Assembly: GCA_947085205.1 (NCBI GenBank)
Contig: CAMTVO010000009.1
Coordinates: 1 to 63,488, forward strand
Length of the DNA stretch: 63,488 bases
Source: an uncultured Nitrospiraceae bacterium
GTDB taxonomy: Bacteria; Nitrospirota; Thermodesulfovibrionia; Thermodesulfovibrionales; Dissulfurispiraceae
Direction of reading: 5' to 3'
Positions 19,956 to 28,433 of this stretch are shown in pieces (position 1 is the first letter of the stretch; each line of letters opens with the position of its first letter). Both the position numbers and the translations under genes were made by a program. A model generated the notes under the pieces. That model was not told where the DNA came from. It made no database searches and saw nothing but the letters and a program-made list of their open reading frames with translations.

Positions 19956-22900
19956 TTATTTGGACCGCTCCATACCGCGGCTATCGTCCCGCGTTTTTTC
20001 CGATTTTCCGCTCTCGGATTTCTCCGTTTTGTCCCCGCCGCGGCTCTCGTGTTTCGCTGTTTCAGTCGTTCCTTGTTTCGCTGTTTCAGGCGTTTCAGTA
20101 GTTCGCTGTTTCACTGTTTCAGCGTTTCCGGTTTTTCCGTTTTCCGCGGAAACTTTTCCGGAGTTTCCGGAAATTCTTCCTGCGTCTGCCGGCTGTTTTA
20201 AAAATTCCGATTTTGAAAATGTTGTGTTCCCGGACGTGTGCGACGTGGCAACGTGGATGCTGCCGTTCGCGCGGAGTGTCGTAACTTCCACATCCTGTTT
20301 TGCGCGGGTGTTCGTAATTTTCACAACCTGTTTTGCGCGTTCAATCCGCCCGTCTTTGTGGCGGATAAATACATCGTATTTCCGGGTTGTGCTGTGATAT
20401 TTTTTATCAAAAATTTTTCCGAACGCGTTTTTAAATTCGTCTTTAACTCTCGATTTCCATGCGTCCGAGAGTTTTTCGGTTTTGTATTTCTCGGTTTTTG
20501 TTTTGGGGTCGTATGTCGTTTTTGTTGAAACAATAAACGATTTTATCCCCGCGGCTTTTTTTATGTCCTTCTCCTTCGCCGCCTTCTGCAGATCGCGGCG
20601 ATCGCGGTCTGTGAATTTTTTTGCAAATTTCCGGTATTTTTTGATGTCCTGTTCGTTCGTTTTTCCCGTCCGTTCCGCCCGCGCCCTGCCGCGGCTCTCT
20701 CTGCGGTCCTCTCGCTGGATGTCCCTGCGCTCGCGCTCGATAGCCTCGGCCGCCCTGTCCAGCGGGTGGGCTGCCCTGCTATCCTTCCGCGCCTCGTAAT
20801 CCAGCGTGCTGGTTTTCTGCTGTTCATTTTTTAGCTGTTCGCGGAAATTTTCTTTGTCGTTCGTGTAAATTTTGAGGCTGTGCTTGCCGCGGGTAACCGC
20901 GACATACGCCTGATTATAATTAACGCCGCTACTGGTGTCGGCGTGATATATCACATCTCGCGACGTCTGTCCCTGTGATTTATAGTCTGTAACGGCGTAG
21001 CCGTGGTCGATATAATTGTATTGAGTCCTGATATTAATAGCCTTCATGCCGCCGGTCTCCATTTTTACTGTTGCCCGGCCGTCCCGGTCAACGGATTGCA
21101 GCGTTCCAGTCTGCCCGTTTTTGACGTTGAGAGTTTTATCATTTTTTAAAAAAACGATTTTCTCCCCTTGTGAAAATGACTGTTGTTTTTCGCGATATAC
21201 TGCAAGGTGTTGGCCCTCACTTTTCAGGTCGATTTGGTGCGCGCCGCCCCCTGCCTCGACTGTGATTTTATGATTCTGCTGGTCAACAGATATTACCCGC
21301 CCCTCCGCTCCGGATCGTCCGATAATACCGGCACGGTTGACGATTATGCGGTCGCCGGGTTCGAACGATTGAGAAAAAATTTTCTCAATAGGAGAAAGAT
21401 TTTTCGATTCCCTGACTGTAAAAACATGCTCCTGCTGTCCGATTTTACCCTGTCGCTGTAAATCGGCTCGTATCGCCGAGTTCAGGGCATTCCGGTCGGC
21501 GTTGCGCGCGGTAACGATGATTGTGTTCATATGATTATCGCGGCTCGTGTAATCCTTGACGATAGTATCAAGCCGCCCCGCCCTATCGCTGATTTCAGAA
21601 ATTTTGTTCGTCGATTCTAATTTTTCCATTGCGCTGTCAATTTTCCTATCCGCGATATCGCGGATCACGCCCCTGTAATCCTCTGTTTTTTGCCGCTGAA
21701 TTTCTGACATTCTCACTGTAGTAAGGTCGCCGCTCTCCTGAAGTTTTTGAAACATTTTCCCTGCGGCGACTGATTGAAGTTGTTTAGTATCTCCCATAAA
21801 TACAACTCTCGCATTAGTCGCCTCTGCCCGTTCCAGTAGGCCGTGCATCTGTCTACTACCTAGCATTGATGCCTCGTCCACAATCCATAATTGCCGTTCG
21901 CCCTGCCGTTCGCCTGCAGCTAAAAACGAATCAATGGTCTGAGAACTGATCCCCGCCTGCGCTTCAACCTCGGCCGCCGATTTTCCCGTAAATCCGAGGC
22001 CTCGGACGCTGTAACCTGCCTCCGCCGCCTGCAGGCGAACGGTAGATAACATTGTAGTTTTGCCGGTTCCGGCGTCGCCCTGAATACCGATATAGCGGTC
22101 CTGCGATGTGAGGATATGCGATACTGCGTTTTTTTGCCCCGCCGTCAATGTCAATCCTCGCGCCTGTTCGAACGCTCCAATCCCCGCCTGCACCCGTTCA
22201 GGCGATAGGATAGCGTTTCCGGCGCCGCGGCCGTCTTGAACCATTGATACGATATCCTGTTCGGTTCTCAACATCTCCGCGGTGGTATATCGGTCGTCTG
22301 CGAGTCGGGCAACGTCGCCGGTTACTGTTGCGCGGTGGAACGCGCGCTCGATGTCATCTATCCTCGCGTTACCTACAGATAATTTTAACGCGGTGTCCGT
22401 GACATCCTTCCTGCTAAAAACCGATTCCTGCTCGGTTACGATCCTGCTGCCGGCGCGGACGTAATCGTGCTCGTTCCCGTGCGTGCGCCCCTGTGTCTGC
22501 GTCTGCTCCGAGGACTGCCGGATACCGCCCTGAACCTGCTCCCTGCTGTAGCCGATGTTCTCAAGCCTCTCCTGCCATGACTGCCTTACATCGTCCATGT
22601 TTACGTCTTTCTTGGCCTCACGGCTATCGAGACAAGCCATTTCCTTGAGCTTGCTTTCGCTGGCGTCGGGATATTGTTTTTTTAATTCTTCCACTGCTGC
22701 CTGTATTTGTTCGCTCCTGCGTGAAAACTCGTCCAAAACCTGTTTGTCGACACCTTGAACCTCGAAAAAACCGCGGCTATCGGTCTGGATTGCATAACCG
22801 AGATCCTTCATGCTCGCGGCTAATTCAGACCTGTATATCTGCCCGATGTGCATTTTGTTGGAATATAATTCCTCATTCGACAATGCGCGCCATTGCCCAT

Positions 22901-23399
22901 CCTCGCGCTGTGTCATGTTCATAACAACGGCGTGCGTGTGCAATTGCGGGTCGAGTTCGCGGCTGGTGTAGTGGTCGAATTTCGCTATTGCCATGTTGCC
23001 TGTGTTTACCCTCTCCGTCTGCCCGTCCTGCGTTACTCGTGCCTGTGCGTAATGCTGTTCAACGTATTCAAGGGTTTTTTGCACGGCGGCAGCGTGCGCG
23101 TCGCGGATGCGTTCGTCTCCGAGTATTTCAGCTGCTATTGATACTGATTTCGGTGCAGAAAAAGTGAGGTCGACGCCTGCGCGGTGTTCGTGGTTCTCTC
23201 CGCCTCCGGCGATTAACTGGTTGCCCTGCGGGTCCCTGCCATTAATGAGGTTTTCAAAATCCCCTTTTTGGATTTCGCCGGATAACCTTAATGCCTCCGC
23301 GCCCGCGCCCTGCCATTGTCCATCGGCACGGGTGTAATAGTTATCGCGCTGGTAATAAGTCGAGGCCTGCCCTGAACTGACATTCGTTATACTTACCAT
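19956..23399 (-). CDS. MOBF relaxase-helicase (TrwC/TraI-like)
   Basis: YY..DNYY, DLTFSAPKSVS, HYTSRELDPQLHTH; helicase motifs GDAGTGKT, DEASM, GDTKQL, HGYAVT..KSQG. Confidence 0.95.
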   Translation of the reverse strand: MVSITNVSSGQASTYYQRDNYYTRADGQWQGAGAEALRLSGEIQKGDFENLINGRDPQGNQLIAGGGENHEHRAGVDLTFSAPKSVSIAAEILGDERIRDAHAAAVQKTLEYVEQHYAQARVTQDGQTERVNTGNMAIAKFDHYTSRELDPQLHTHAVVMNMTQREDGQWRALSNEELYSNKMHIGQIYRSELAASMKDLGYAIQTDSRGFFEVQGVDKQVLDEFSRRSEQIQAAVEELKKQYPDASESKLKEMACLDSREAKKDVNMDDVRQSWQERLENIGYSREQVQGGIRQSSEQTQTQGRTHGNEHDYVRAGSRIVTEQESVFSRKDVTDTALKLSVGNARIDDIERAFHRATVTGDVARLADDRYTTAEMLRTEQDIVSMVQDGRGAGNAILSPERVQAGIGAFEQARGLTLTAGQKNAVSHILTSQDRYIGIQGDAGTGKTTMLSTVRLQAAEAGYSVRGLGFTGKSAAEVEAQAGISSQTIDSFLAAGERQGERQLWIVDEASMLGSRQMHGLLERAEATNARVVFMGDTKQLQSVAAGKMFQKLQESGDLTTVRMSEIQRQKTEDYRGVIRDIADRKIDSAMEKLESTNKISEISDRAGRLDTIVKDYTSRDNHMNTIIVTARNADRNALNSAIRADLQRQGKIGQQEHVFTVRESKNLSPIEKIFSQSFEPGDRIIVNRAGIIGRSGAEGRVISVDQQNHKITVEAGGGAHQIDLKSEGQHLAVYREKQQSFSQGEKIVFLKNDKTLNVKNGQTGTLQSVDRDGRATVKMETGGMKAINIRTQYNYIDHGYAVTDYKSQGQTSRDVIYHADTSSGVNYNQAYVAVTRGKHSLKIYTNDKENFREQLKNEQQKTSTLDYEARKDSRAAHPLDRAAEAIERERRDIQREDRRESRGRARAERTGKTNEQDIKKYRKFAKKFTDRDRRDLQKAAKEKDIKKAAGIKSFIVSTKTTYDPKTKTEKYKTEKLSDAWKSRVKDEFKNAFGKIFDKKYHSTTRKYDVFIRHKDGRIERAKQVVKITNTRAKQDVEVTTLRANGSIHVATSHTSGNTTFSKSEFLKQPADAGRISGNSGKVSAENGKTGNAETVKQRTTETPETAKQGTTETAKHESRGGDKTEKSESGKSEKTRDDSRGMERSK

Positions 23400-23575
23400 A
23401 GGCCCGCCGTTACAATATTGAGCGAGGCAATCAGCGCTGCAAATGTGGCCATGTTGCGGACAAAAAATGATATTGTCGCCGCCCTCTCGCTGTTAATACC
23501 GGTCCGCGTTAATTGTGTGATAATCGCGGAGTCGATTTTGACGATTATATTATCGATTTTTTCTATAGGTCTCAT
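23393..23575 (-). CDS. Small membrane protein
   Basis: About 60 aa from MRPIEK, hydrophobic C-terminus; overlaps its neighbours. Confidence 0.45.
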   Translation of the reverse strand: MRPIEKIDNIIVKIDSAIITQLTRTGINSERAATISFFVRNMATFAALIASLNIVTAGLW

Positions 23576-23900
23576 GGTTAATTCCCTCCTTTTCCGCCTG
23601 CTCGATTGATTTTTCGAATTCCGATTGGAATTTCTCTGCATTTTCTTCCCTTTCTTTTTCTTTCTTTTTCATCTCCTGAAATTCCTGCTCCGCTTGCTGT
23701 GCCCGCTGTTCGTATTTTCGTTTTTTGTCGTTTTTAAAGTCGCTGTTAAATTCGTTGTTGAACTCGTTCCAGTCCCTCTCAAAACGGGCGTCGTCCTTTT
23801 TCATTTCCACGTCCAGTTTCGACTGCTGACTGACAACATAATAAAAAATCAGTCCGAGAACGGGAGACGTAAAAAGCAGAATTTTAAAAAGCCCACTCAT
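23550..23900 (-). CDS. Membrane-anchored coiled-coil protein
   Basis: N-terminal TM followed by a charged helix; coupled to xis. Confidence 0.6.
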   Translation of the reverse strand: MSGLFKILLFTSPVLGLIFYYVVSQQSKLDVEMKKDDARFERDWNEFNNEFNSDFKNDKKRKYEQRAQQAEQEFQEMKKKEKEREENAEKFQSEFEKSIEQAEKEGINHETYRKNR

Positions 23901-24187
23901 ATTTCCACCTCCTGCCGCGCCGCGTCTACAATTCGGTCAATCCGCGCCCTGTCGCCTGCAGTAGCCCCGCCGCCGCCTCCAGGATACTGGACGGACCTAC
24001 GTGGGTTTGCCTCCGCGGTTTTTTCCGCGAGCCATTTTTTGATTGCCTGCGGGTCAAAACGCACGCAATGGGTGGATAGTTTGATGACCGGAATTCGCCG
24101 GTAGAAAATCATCTGGTATATACCCTGTTTTTTCATCCCCAGAAATTCCGCGACCTCGTTCACATTCCATAATTTTTCCTCTGCCAT
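23897..24187 (-). CDS. Excisionase-like HTH protein
   Basis: LWNVNEVAEFLGMKKQGIYQM...IPVIKL...VRFD...IKKWL. Confidence 0.85.
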   Translation of the reverse strand: MAEEKLWNVNEVAEFLGMKKQGIYQMIFYRRIPVIKLSTHCVRFDPQAIKKWLAEKTAEANPRRSVQYPGGGGGATAGDRARIDRIVDAARQEVEI

Positions 24188-24263
24188 TTTTAAACCTCCT
24201 CGGGCTGTTGAAGGCCGGCGGCAATGCCGCCGGTGTTCCTCTTTTTTTTGCCCTCCTGCTTAT
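24173..24263 (-). repeat. Repeated leader module, copy B
   Basis: About 91-bp direct repeat of 24515..24606, including the first codons MAEEK. Confidence 0.9.
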
Positions 24264-24529
24264 CCTTCTGCCTGTAGGGCGGCGTAGCCGCCCCTAGTCA
24301 GACAAAATGTGTACATGAGCCGCAATGCAGGGCGCGCCTGCCGCATGTAGGCGTGGATTGATTCGATCATTTCACCCGATTTTTCGGCGGCTTCCTCTAT
24401 CGATAAATTATCGAAAAACCGGAGGAAAACCACGGCGCGGCAGCGAGGCGACAATCTCATGATTGCCTGCCTGACTGCCTGTTCCAGCTCCTCTATATCA
24501 ATGTCATCCATTAGTTTTTCCTCTGCCAT
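24260..24529 (-). CDS. Sigma70 region-4-only protein
   Basis: AVRQAIMRLSPRCRAVVFLRFFDNLSIEEAAEKSG; paralogue of the C-terminus of 25335..25943. Confidence 0.8.
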   Translation of the reverse strand: MAEEKLMDDIDIEELEQAVRQAIMRLSPRCRAVVFLRFFDNLSIEEAAEKSGEMIESIHAYMRQARPALRLMYTFCLTRGGYAALQAEG

Positions 24530-24612
24530 TTTTAAACCTCCTCGGGCTGTTGAAGGCCGGCGGCAATGCCGCCGGTGTTCCCTCTTTTTTTTGCCCTCCT
24601 GCTTATATATGC
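24515..24612 (-). repeat. Repeated promoter/leader module, copy C
   Basis: Matches copies A and B; includes GCATATATAA. Confidence 0.9.
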
Positions 24613-24630
24613 ATCGCCGCGGCGATTTTT

Positions 24631-25338
24631 TTAAGCGCGGGCGCGGGCGCGTGCCTCCGCCTGTTTTTCTGCCCGCCGGCGAGCGGCTGCGAGGCGTGCC
24701 TCGGCCTCCTGCTCCTGCCGCCGTAGCTCCGCCTGTTCCGCCGCCGGGTTCCAGTCGGGCGGTGGTGTTAATGCGCGAAGGTAGGCGGAAATATTCTTTA
24801 TGTTTTCCGGGCGGATTTTGCCGGCGCGATACAGATACAGAAAATATTGGATATTCAGGGCTGGCACGGCGGCGCTGATGCGCTCGGCAGGGAACAGACT
24901 CTGTAATTCGGATATCGCAGAATCACACACACGAGTGTGATTATTATTCTTACTATTCTTATTATTCTTATTACCCTGCACGAAAACCGACTTTCGGGAA
25001 AACCGAAAGTCGGTTTTCGTGCTTTCGGTGCCGCGGCGCGGACTCTCGCGGACGGTCCATGACCAGCCCGCAAATTTTCCACCCGCGCCCCGGACAGGTT
25101 CAATAATGAGATAACCGTTTTTTTTAAGGTCATTGATCGCTGTTTTAAGCGCAGACCTTGAATTGCATGATCTACTAAGCAGGTCCGAATAGTACAATTT
25201 CCAGCCGTCCGGCCGGCTGATCAGATATGTATGCAACCCCTTCGCCGCCCAGCTCATCCGCCCGTCCTCGACCGCCAATAGGCTGATCGACCTATATTTT
25301 TGGGTGCGTTCTATTCTGCACGCTATTAGATCGCTCAT
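24631..25338 (-). CDS. Phage/plasmid-type HTH replication initiator
   Basis: MSWAAKGLHTYLISRPDGW...AINDLKKNGYL winged-helix pattern; internal inverted repeat and AT-rich tract. Confidence 0.7.
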   Translation of the reverse strand: MSDLIACRIERTQKYRSISLLAVEDGRMSWAAKGLHTYLISRPDGWKLYYSDLLSRSCNSRSALKTAINDLKKNGYLIIEPVRGAGGKFAGWSWTVRESPRRGTESTKTDFRFSRKSVFVQGNKNNKNSKNNNHTRVCDSAISELQSLFPAERISAAVPALNIQYFLYLYRAGKIRPENIKNISAYLRALTPPPDWNPAAEQAELRRQEQEAEARLAAARRRAEKQAEARARARA

Positions 25339-25943
25339 TGTTTCGCCTCCTCGAAGAGCGGCAATGCCGCCGTTGGCGCGGGTTTGCGGCTGGTGGTTGG
25401 AGCGTAATCGGACAGTAGACAGCGCAATACAGCGCTCGCCTGCTGCAAGCATGTGTGGATTGCGCTGATTGTCTCACCTGTTTTTCCGGCAATCTCTTCG
25501 AGGGTTAACTCATTGAAAAACCTGAGAAAAACAACGGCGCGGCAGCGAGGAGAGAGTTGAGATATCGCCTGCCGGACCGCCTGTTCCCGTTCCGCCGCCT
25601 CCAGTGAATGGCTCTGGTTCATGGCGGAGGCAGGTTCATATCCGATGTCGTCAATGGACTGCTCGCCCGCGATTTTGAAGATTTTGAGATTCCTCGCCGC
25701 CTCGCTCAACATCTCCTTAGTGCTGTAACCCCTTGATTTTGCGAGAATAAACGCCTCGTGCGCTACGTCGTCCGCGTCCTGTCCGTATGCGACGCGCATC
25801 CGCGCGGCGCGTAAAAAACGGGAGTATGTTATAATGTCAGCGTCCTCGCGGCACTCTGTCGCGGAGACCTCGCCCTCGGCGCGCTCTGGCTGCGAGTCTG
25901 GCGCGCCGAAGGTTTTTTCTGCTACTACTGTTAATGTTTTCAT
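25335..25943 (-). CDS. ECF-like sigma70-family factor
   Basis: Region 2-like DADDVAHEAFI and region 4 LSPRCRAVVFLRFFNELTLEEIA. Confidence 0.75.
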   Translation of the reverse strand: MKTLTVVAEKTFGAPDSQPERAEGEVSATECREDADIITYSRFLRAARMRVAYGQDADDVAHEAFILAKSRGYSTKEMLSEAARNLKIFKIAGEQSIDDIGYEPASAMNQSHSLEAAEREQAVRQAISQLSPRCRAVVFLRFFNELTLEEIAGKTGETISAIHTCLQQASAVLRCLLSDYAPTTSRKPAPTAALPLFEEAKQ

Positions 25944-26144
25944 TTTTTACCTCCGTATCGTTCCGAGGCCGGCGGCGCCTGCCGCCTGTTCTGCCCCTTA
26001 ACGGAATAATACGGAGGTTTTTATTTCCATTTTTTGCCTATTTTCTGCGTTTCCCTTATATTTCAATGAGTTATCCATGTTCTATAAGAAAAACTTATTG
26101 ATTGATTTAAAAATAAAATAGGAAATGGCGGTTTTTGGGGGTTT

Positions 26145-26312
26145 CTCAAACCCGTTAGTTGACTAACGGGTTTGAGGGATTTTCCCAAACCCGTTACTTG
26201 AGTAACGGGTTTGGGGATTTTTGAAACCCATTACTTGAGTAATGGGTTTGGTTTTTTTCAAACCCATTAGTCAACTAATGGGTTTAGGGATACCGTTTAG
26301 TAACTAAACGGT
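26145..26312. repeat. Array of five palindromes (four 26-bp AAACCCRTTAST-NN-ASTAAYGGGTTT plus one variant)
   Basis: Cores at 26148..26173, 26187..26212, 26224..26249 and 26260..26285; variant at 26292..26312. Confidence 0.92.
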
Positions 26313-26452
26313 TTAAAAAAAAGATGTCATAAAATTGCAATAAAAATATGAGATACCAACAGAATACCAACAAAAAAACATGATAATCAAAATCTGTGCA
26401 GATGGTTGATAATACTGGATTTGCAGGGCTTTGGGTGTTGTTTATGTTGCGT

Positions 26453-26492
<40 letters not shown>

Positions 26493-26577
26493 GCAAAATT
26501 TGCTTTAGCAAATTTTGAGTGAATAGTTATTAGTGGTTAGTTGTCAGCAAAGAAACCGAGAACTAAAAAGTCTATTA

Positions 26578-26607
26578 AAAATAGCATCTCCGGCTACGGA
26601 TTGTCAA
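26578..26607 (-). promoter_or_regulatory. Probable native tRNA-Ala promoter
   Basis: TTGACA-18 nt-TATTTT with an extended -10 TG, upstream of the displaced 5' half. Confidence 0.55.
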
Positions 26608-26646
26608 GGATTGAGCATAATTCGGCATTCTGGTATTATTAAATCC

Positions 26647-27057
26647 ATGAAGAAAAAAGTAGTCTGTGCAGGGACTTTCGACCATCTGCATAAAGGGCAT
26701 ATAGATTTTCTGAAGCAGGCAAAATCGCTCGGCGATGAACTGATTGTAATCGTTGCAAGGGATGAGACTGTAAAAAGGATTAAGGGATTTCTGCCGACGC
26801 ATGAGGAGCGGACGAGAAGAAATGATGTCGAAGATACAGGCGTGCCTGACATCGTCGTTTTAGGGAATCTCGACACAGACCTTTTTAATATACTAAAAGA
26901 ACTGGAACCGGACATCATAGCCCTCGGATATGACCAGCGGGTGTCTGAGGAAGAGATAGCAAAGAGATTCCCTAAATGCAAAGTAATAAGGCTCGCATCG
27001 TTCCAGCCCGAAAAATACAAGTCATCATTCTTTAGAAATAATAGACAGGATAATTAG
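26647..27057 (+). CDS. Cytidylyltransferase-family protein (stand-alone FAD synthase RibL-like)
   Basis: GTFDHLHKGH, VIVARD, PDIIALGYDQ, YKSS. Confidence 0.8.
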   Translation: MKKKVVCAGTFDHLHKGHIDFLKQAKSLGDELIVIVARDETVKRIKGFLPTHEERTRRNDVEDTGVPDIVVLGNLDTDLFNILKELEPDIIALGYDQRVSEEEIAKRFPKCKVIRLASFQPEKYKSSFFRNNRQDN

Positions 27058-27184
27058 AAGATTCTATGGCATTGGAGCGACTTCGACAGACCAAGCGCAA
27101 CATGGATGTTTAAGCGGGCTGTCGTAGCTTCGGAGACAGGCTGGATGCCTGTCGAGAATGAAGCGGAAATGCCACAGAATCTTC
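27057..27184. repeat. MITE/REP-like element with 17-bp terminal inverted repeats
   Basis: GAAGATTCTATGGCATT...AATGCCACAGAATCTTC (1 mismatch); internal GACAGGC/GCCTGTC hairpin. Confidence 0.6.
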
Positions 27185-27204
27185 AATAATAACTTTTATC
27201 CAAA

Positions 27205-27235
27205 TAAAAAAATGGGGACTCCGTGAGGAGTCCCC
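27205..27235 (-). terminator. Terminator after atpE
   Basis: GGGGACTC/GAGTCCCC stem plus T-run on the minus strand. Confidence 0.75.
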
Positions 27236-27262
27236 GTCCCTTTCTTATGAATGGTGAAAAAA

Positions 27263-27610
27263 TTAAACTTTGAAAGGATTTGCAAAAAGAACGATAAGAA
27301 CAACAACAAGGGCATAAATAGCAAGAGACTCTATCATCGCAAGACCGATGATAAGGGTCGTTGTAATCTTGCCCGATGCTCCCGGATTCCTTGCAACACC
27401 TTCTGTTGCGCCCCTCAAGCCTACGCCCATACCGATTCCCGTTCCAAGACCTGCAAGGCCTATTGCAAGACCGCAGCCGAGAACAGCCATTCCGTAATAG
27501 CTGAGTTTCGCATCGCTCGCAACAGCCTTGGCCTCTTCAGCAAAGGCGATAGGCGCAAACAGCGTGAGCGCGACAAGTGTCAGCACAGTGAGTGCGAGTA
27601 TCTTTTTCAT
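27263..27610 (-). CDS. atpE: ATP synthase F0 subunit c
   Basis: [12 protein letters not shown]...ARNP...IESLAIY. Confidence 0.95.
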   Translation of the reverse strand: MKKILALTVLTLVALTLFAPIAFAEEAKAVASDAKLSYYGMAVLGCGLAIGLAGLGTGIGMGVGLRGATEGVARNPGASGKITTTLIIGLAMIESLAIYALVVVLIVLFANPFKV

Positions 27611-27639
27611 AGCGTTTCCCTCCTTTCTTTCGAGATATT

Positions 27640-28317
27640 TTAATGCCCTTCCTCAACCGCCCCAGCAAGATATAATGTAGTCAATAGAGTAAAAACAAAT
27701 GCCTGCACTACACTTACAAGCACGCCGAGTCCTAAAATAGCAATAGGTATTATAGCAGGCGCCAGAATACCTAATATAATCATAAGAGTATGCTTCGCCA
27801 TCATATTGCCAAAAAGCCTGACGGATAATGTGATAGGCCTAACGAGATGACCTATAATCTCTATAAAAAACATCATTATCATTAATGGCAATGCATATAT
27901 AGACCTCATGGGGCCGAGGAAATGATTCAAATATTTCAGTCCATGCACCTTTATCCCGTAAAATTGGTATATCAGGAATACGGGAACGGCCATGGACGCG
28001 GTCATGTTTATGTTGCTGGTGGGCGCCTCAAATCCTGGTATCAAGCCCATAAAATTACAGGTAAGGATATAAAGAAAGATTGTCCCTATAAGGGGATAAA
28101 ATTTATCTCCCCAATGATGTCCGATGTTATTCCGTGCAAGGGTTAGCAGAAAGTCTGCAAAGACCTCCATCACATTTTGAAGTCCTGACGGCACAATTCT
28201 TAGCTTATTTTTTATAGCAAGGGCAGTGCCTATTAAGATACCCATTGCGAGCCATGAATATGAAACATAAGGCGGTATATTAGGTAGTACTGCATGTAAG
28301 ATTGTAGGTGCTTCCAC
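27640..28317 (-). CDS. atpB: ATP synthase F0 subunit a
   Basis: [23 protein letters not shown]. Confidence 0.95.
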   Translation of the reverse strand: MEAPTILHAVLPNIPPYVSYSWLAMGILIGTALAIKNKLRIVPSGLQNVMEVFADFLLTLARNNIGHHWGDKFYPLIGTIFLYILTCNFMGLIPGFEAPTSNINMTASMAVPVFLIYQFYGIKVHGLKYLNHFLGPMRSIYALPLMIMMFFIEIIGHLVRPITLSVRLFGNMMAKHTLMIILGILAPAIIPIAILGLGVLVSVVQAFVFTLLTTLYLAGAVEEGH

Positions 28318-28433
28318 GGAGAGCCTCCTTTTAGAAAATTAAAAGGTATCTTAATTTAAACCCGCTTAAATGTCAAGATTTTGGAGGTTTAATTTTTTTA
28401 TTGATTAATAAACTTTTGTAATTCTTTAGGTCT

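Noticed and set aside
26145..26312. CRISPR array interpretation of the palindrome array
   Set aside because: Spacers are only 10-13 bp and similar to each other, repeats vary by covariation, and there are no cas genes in the window
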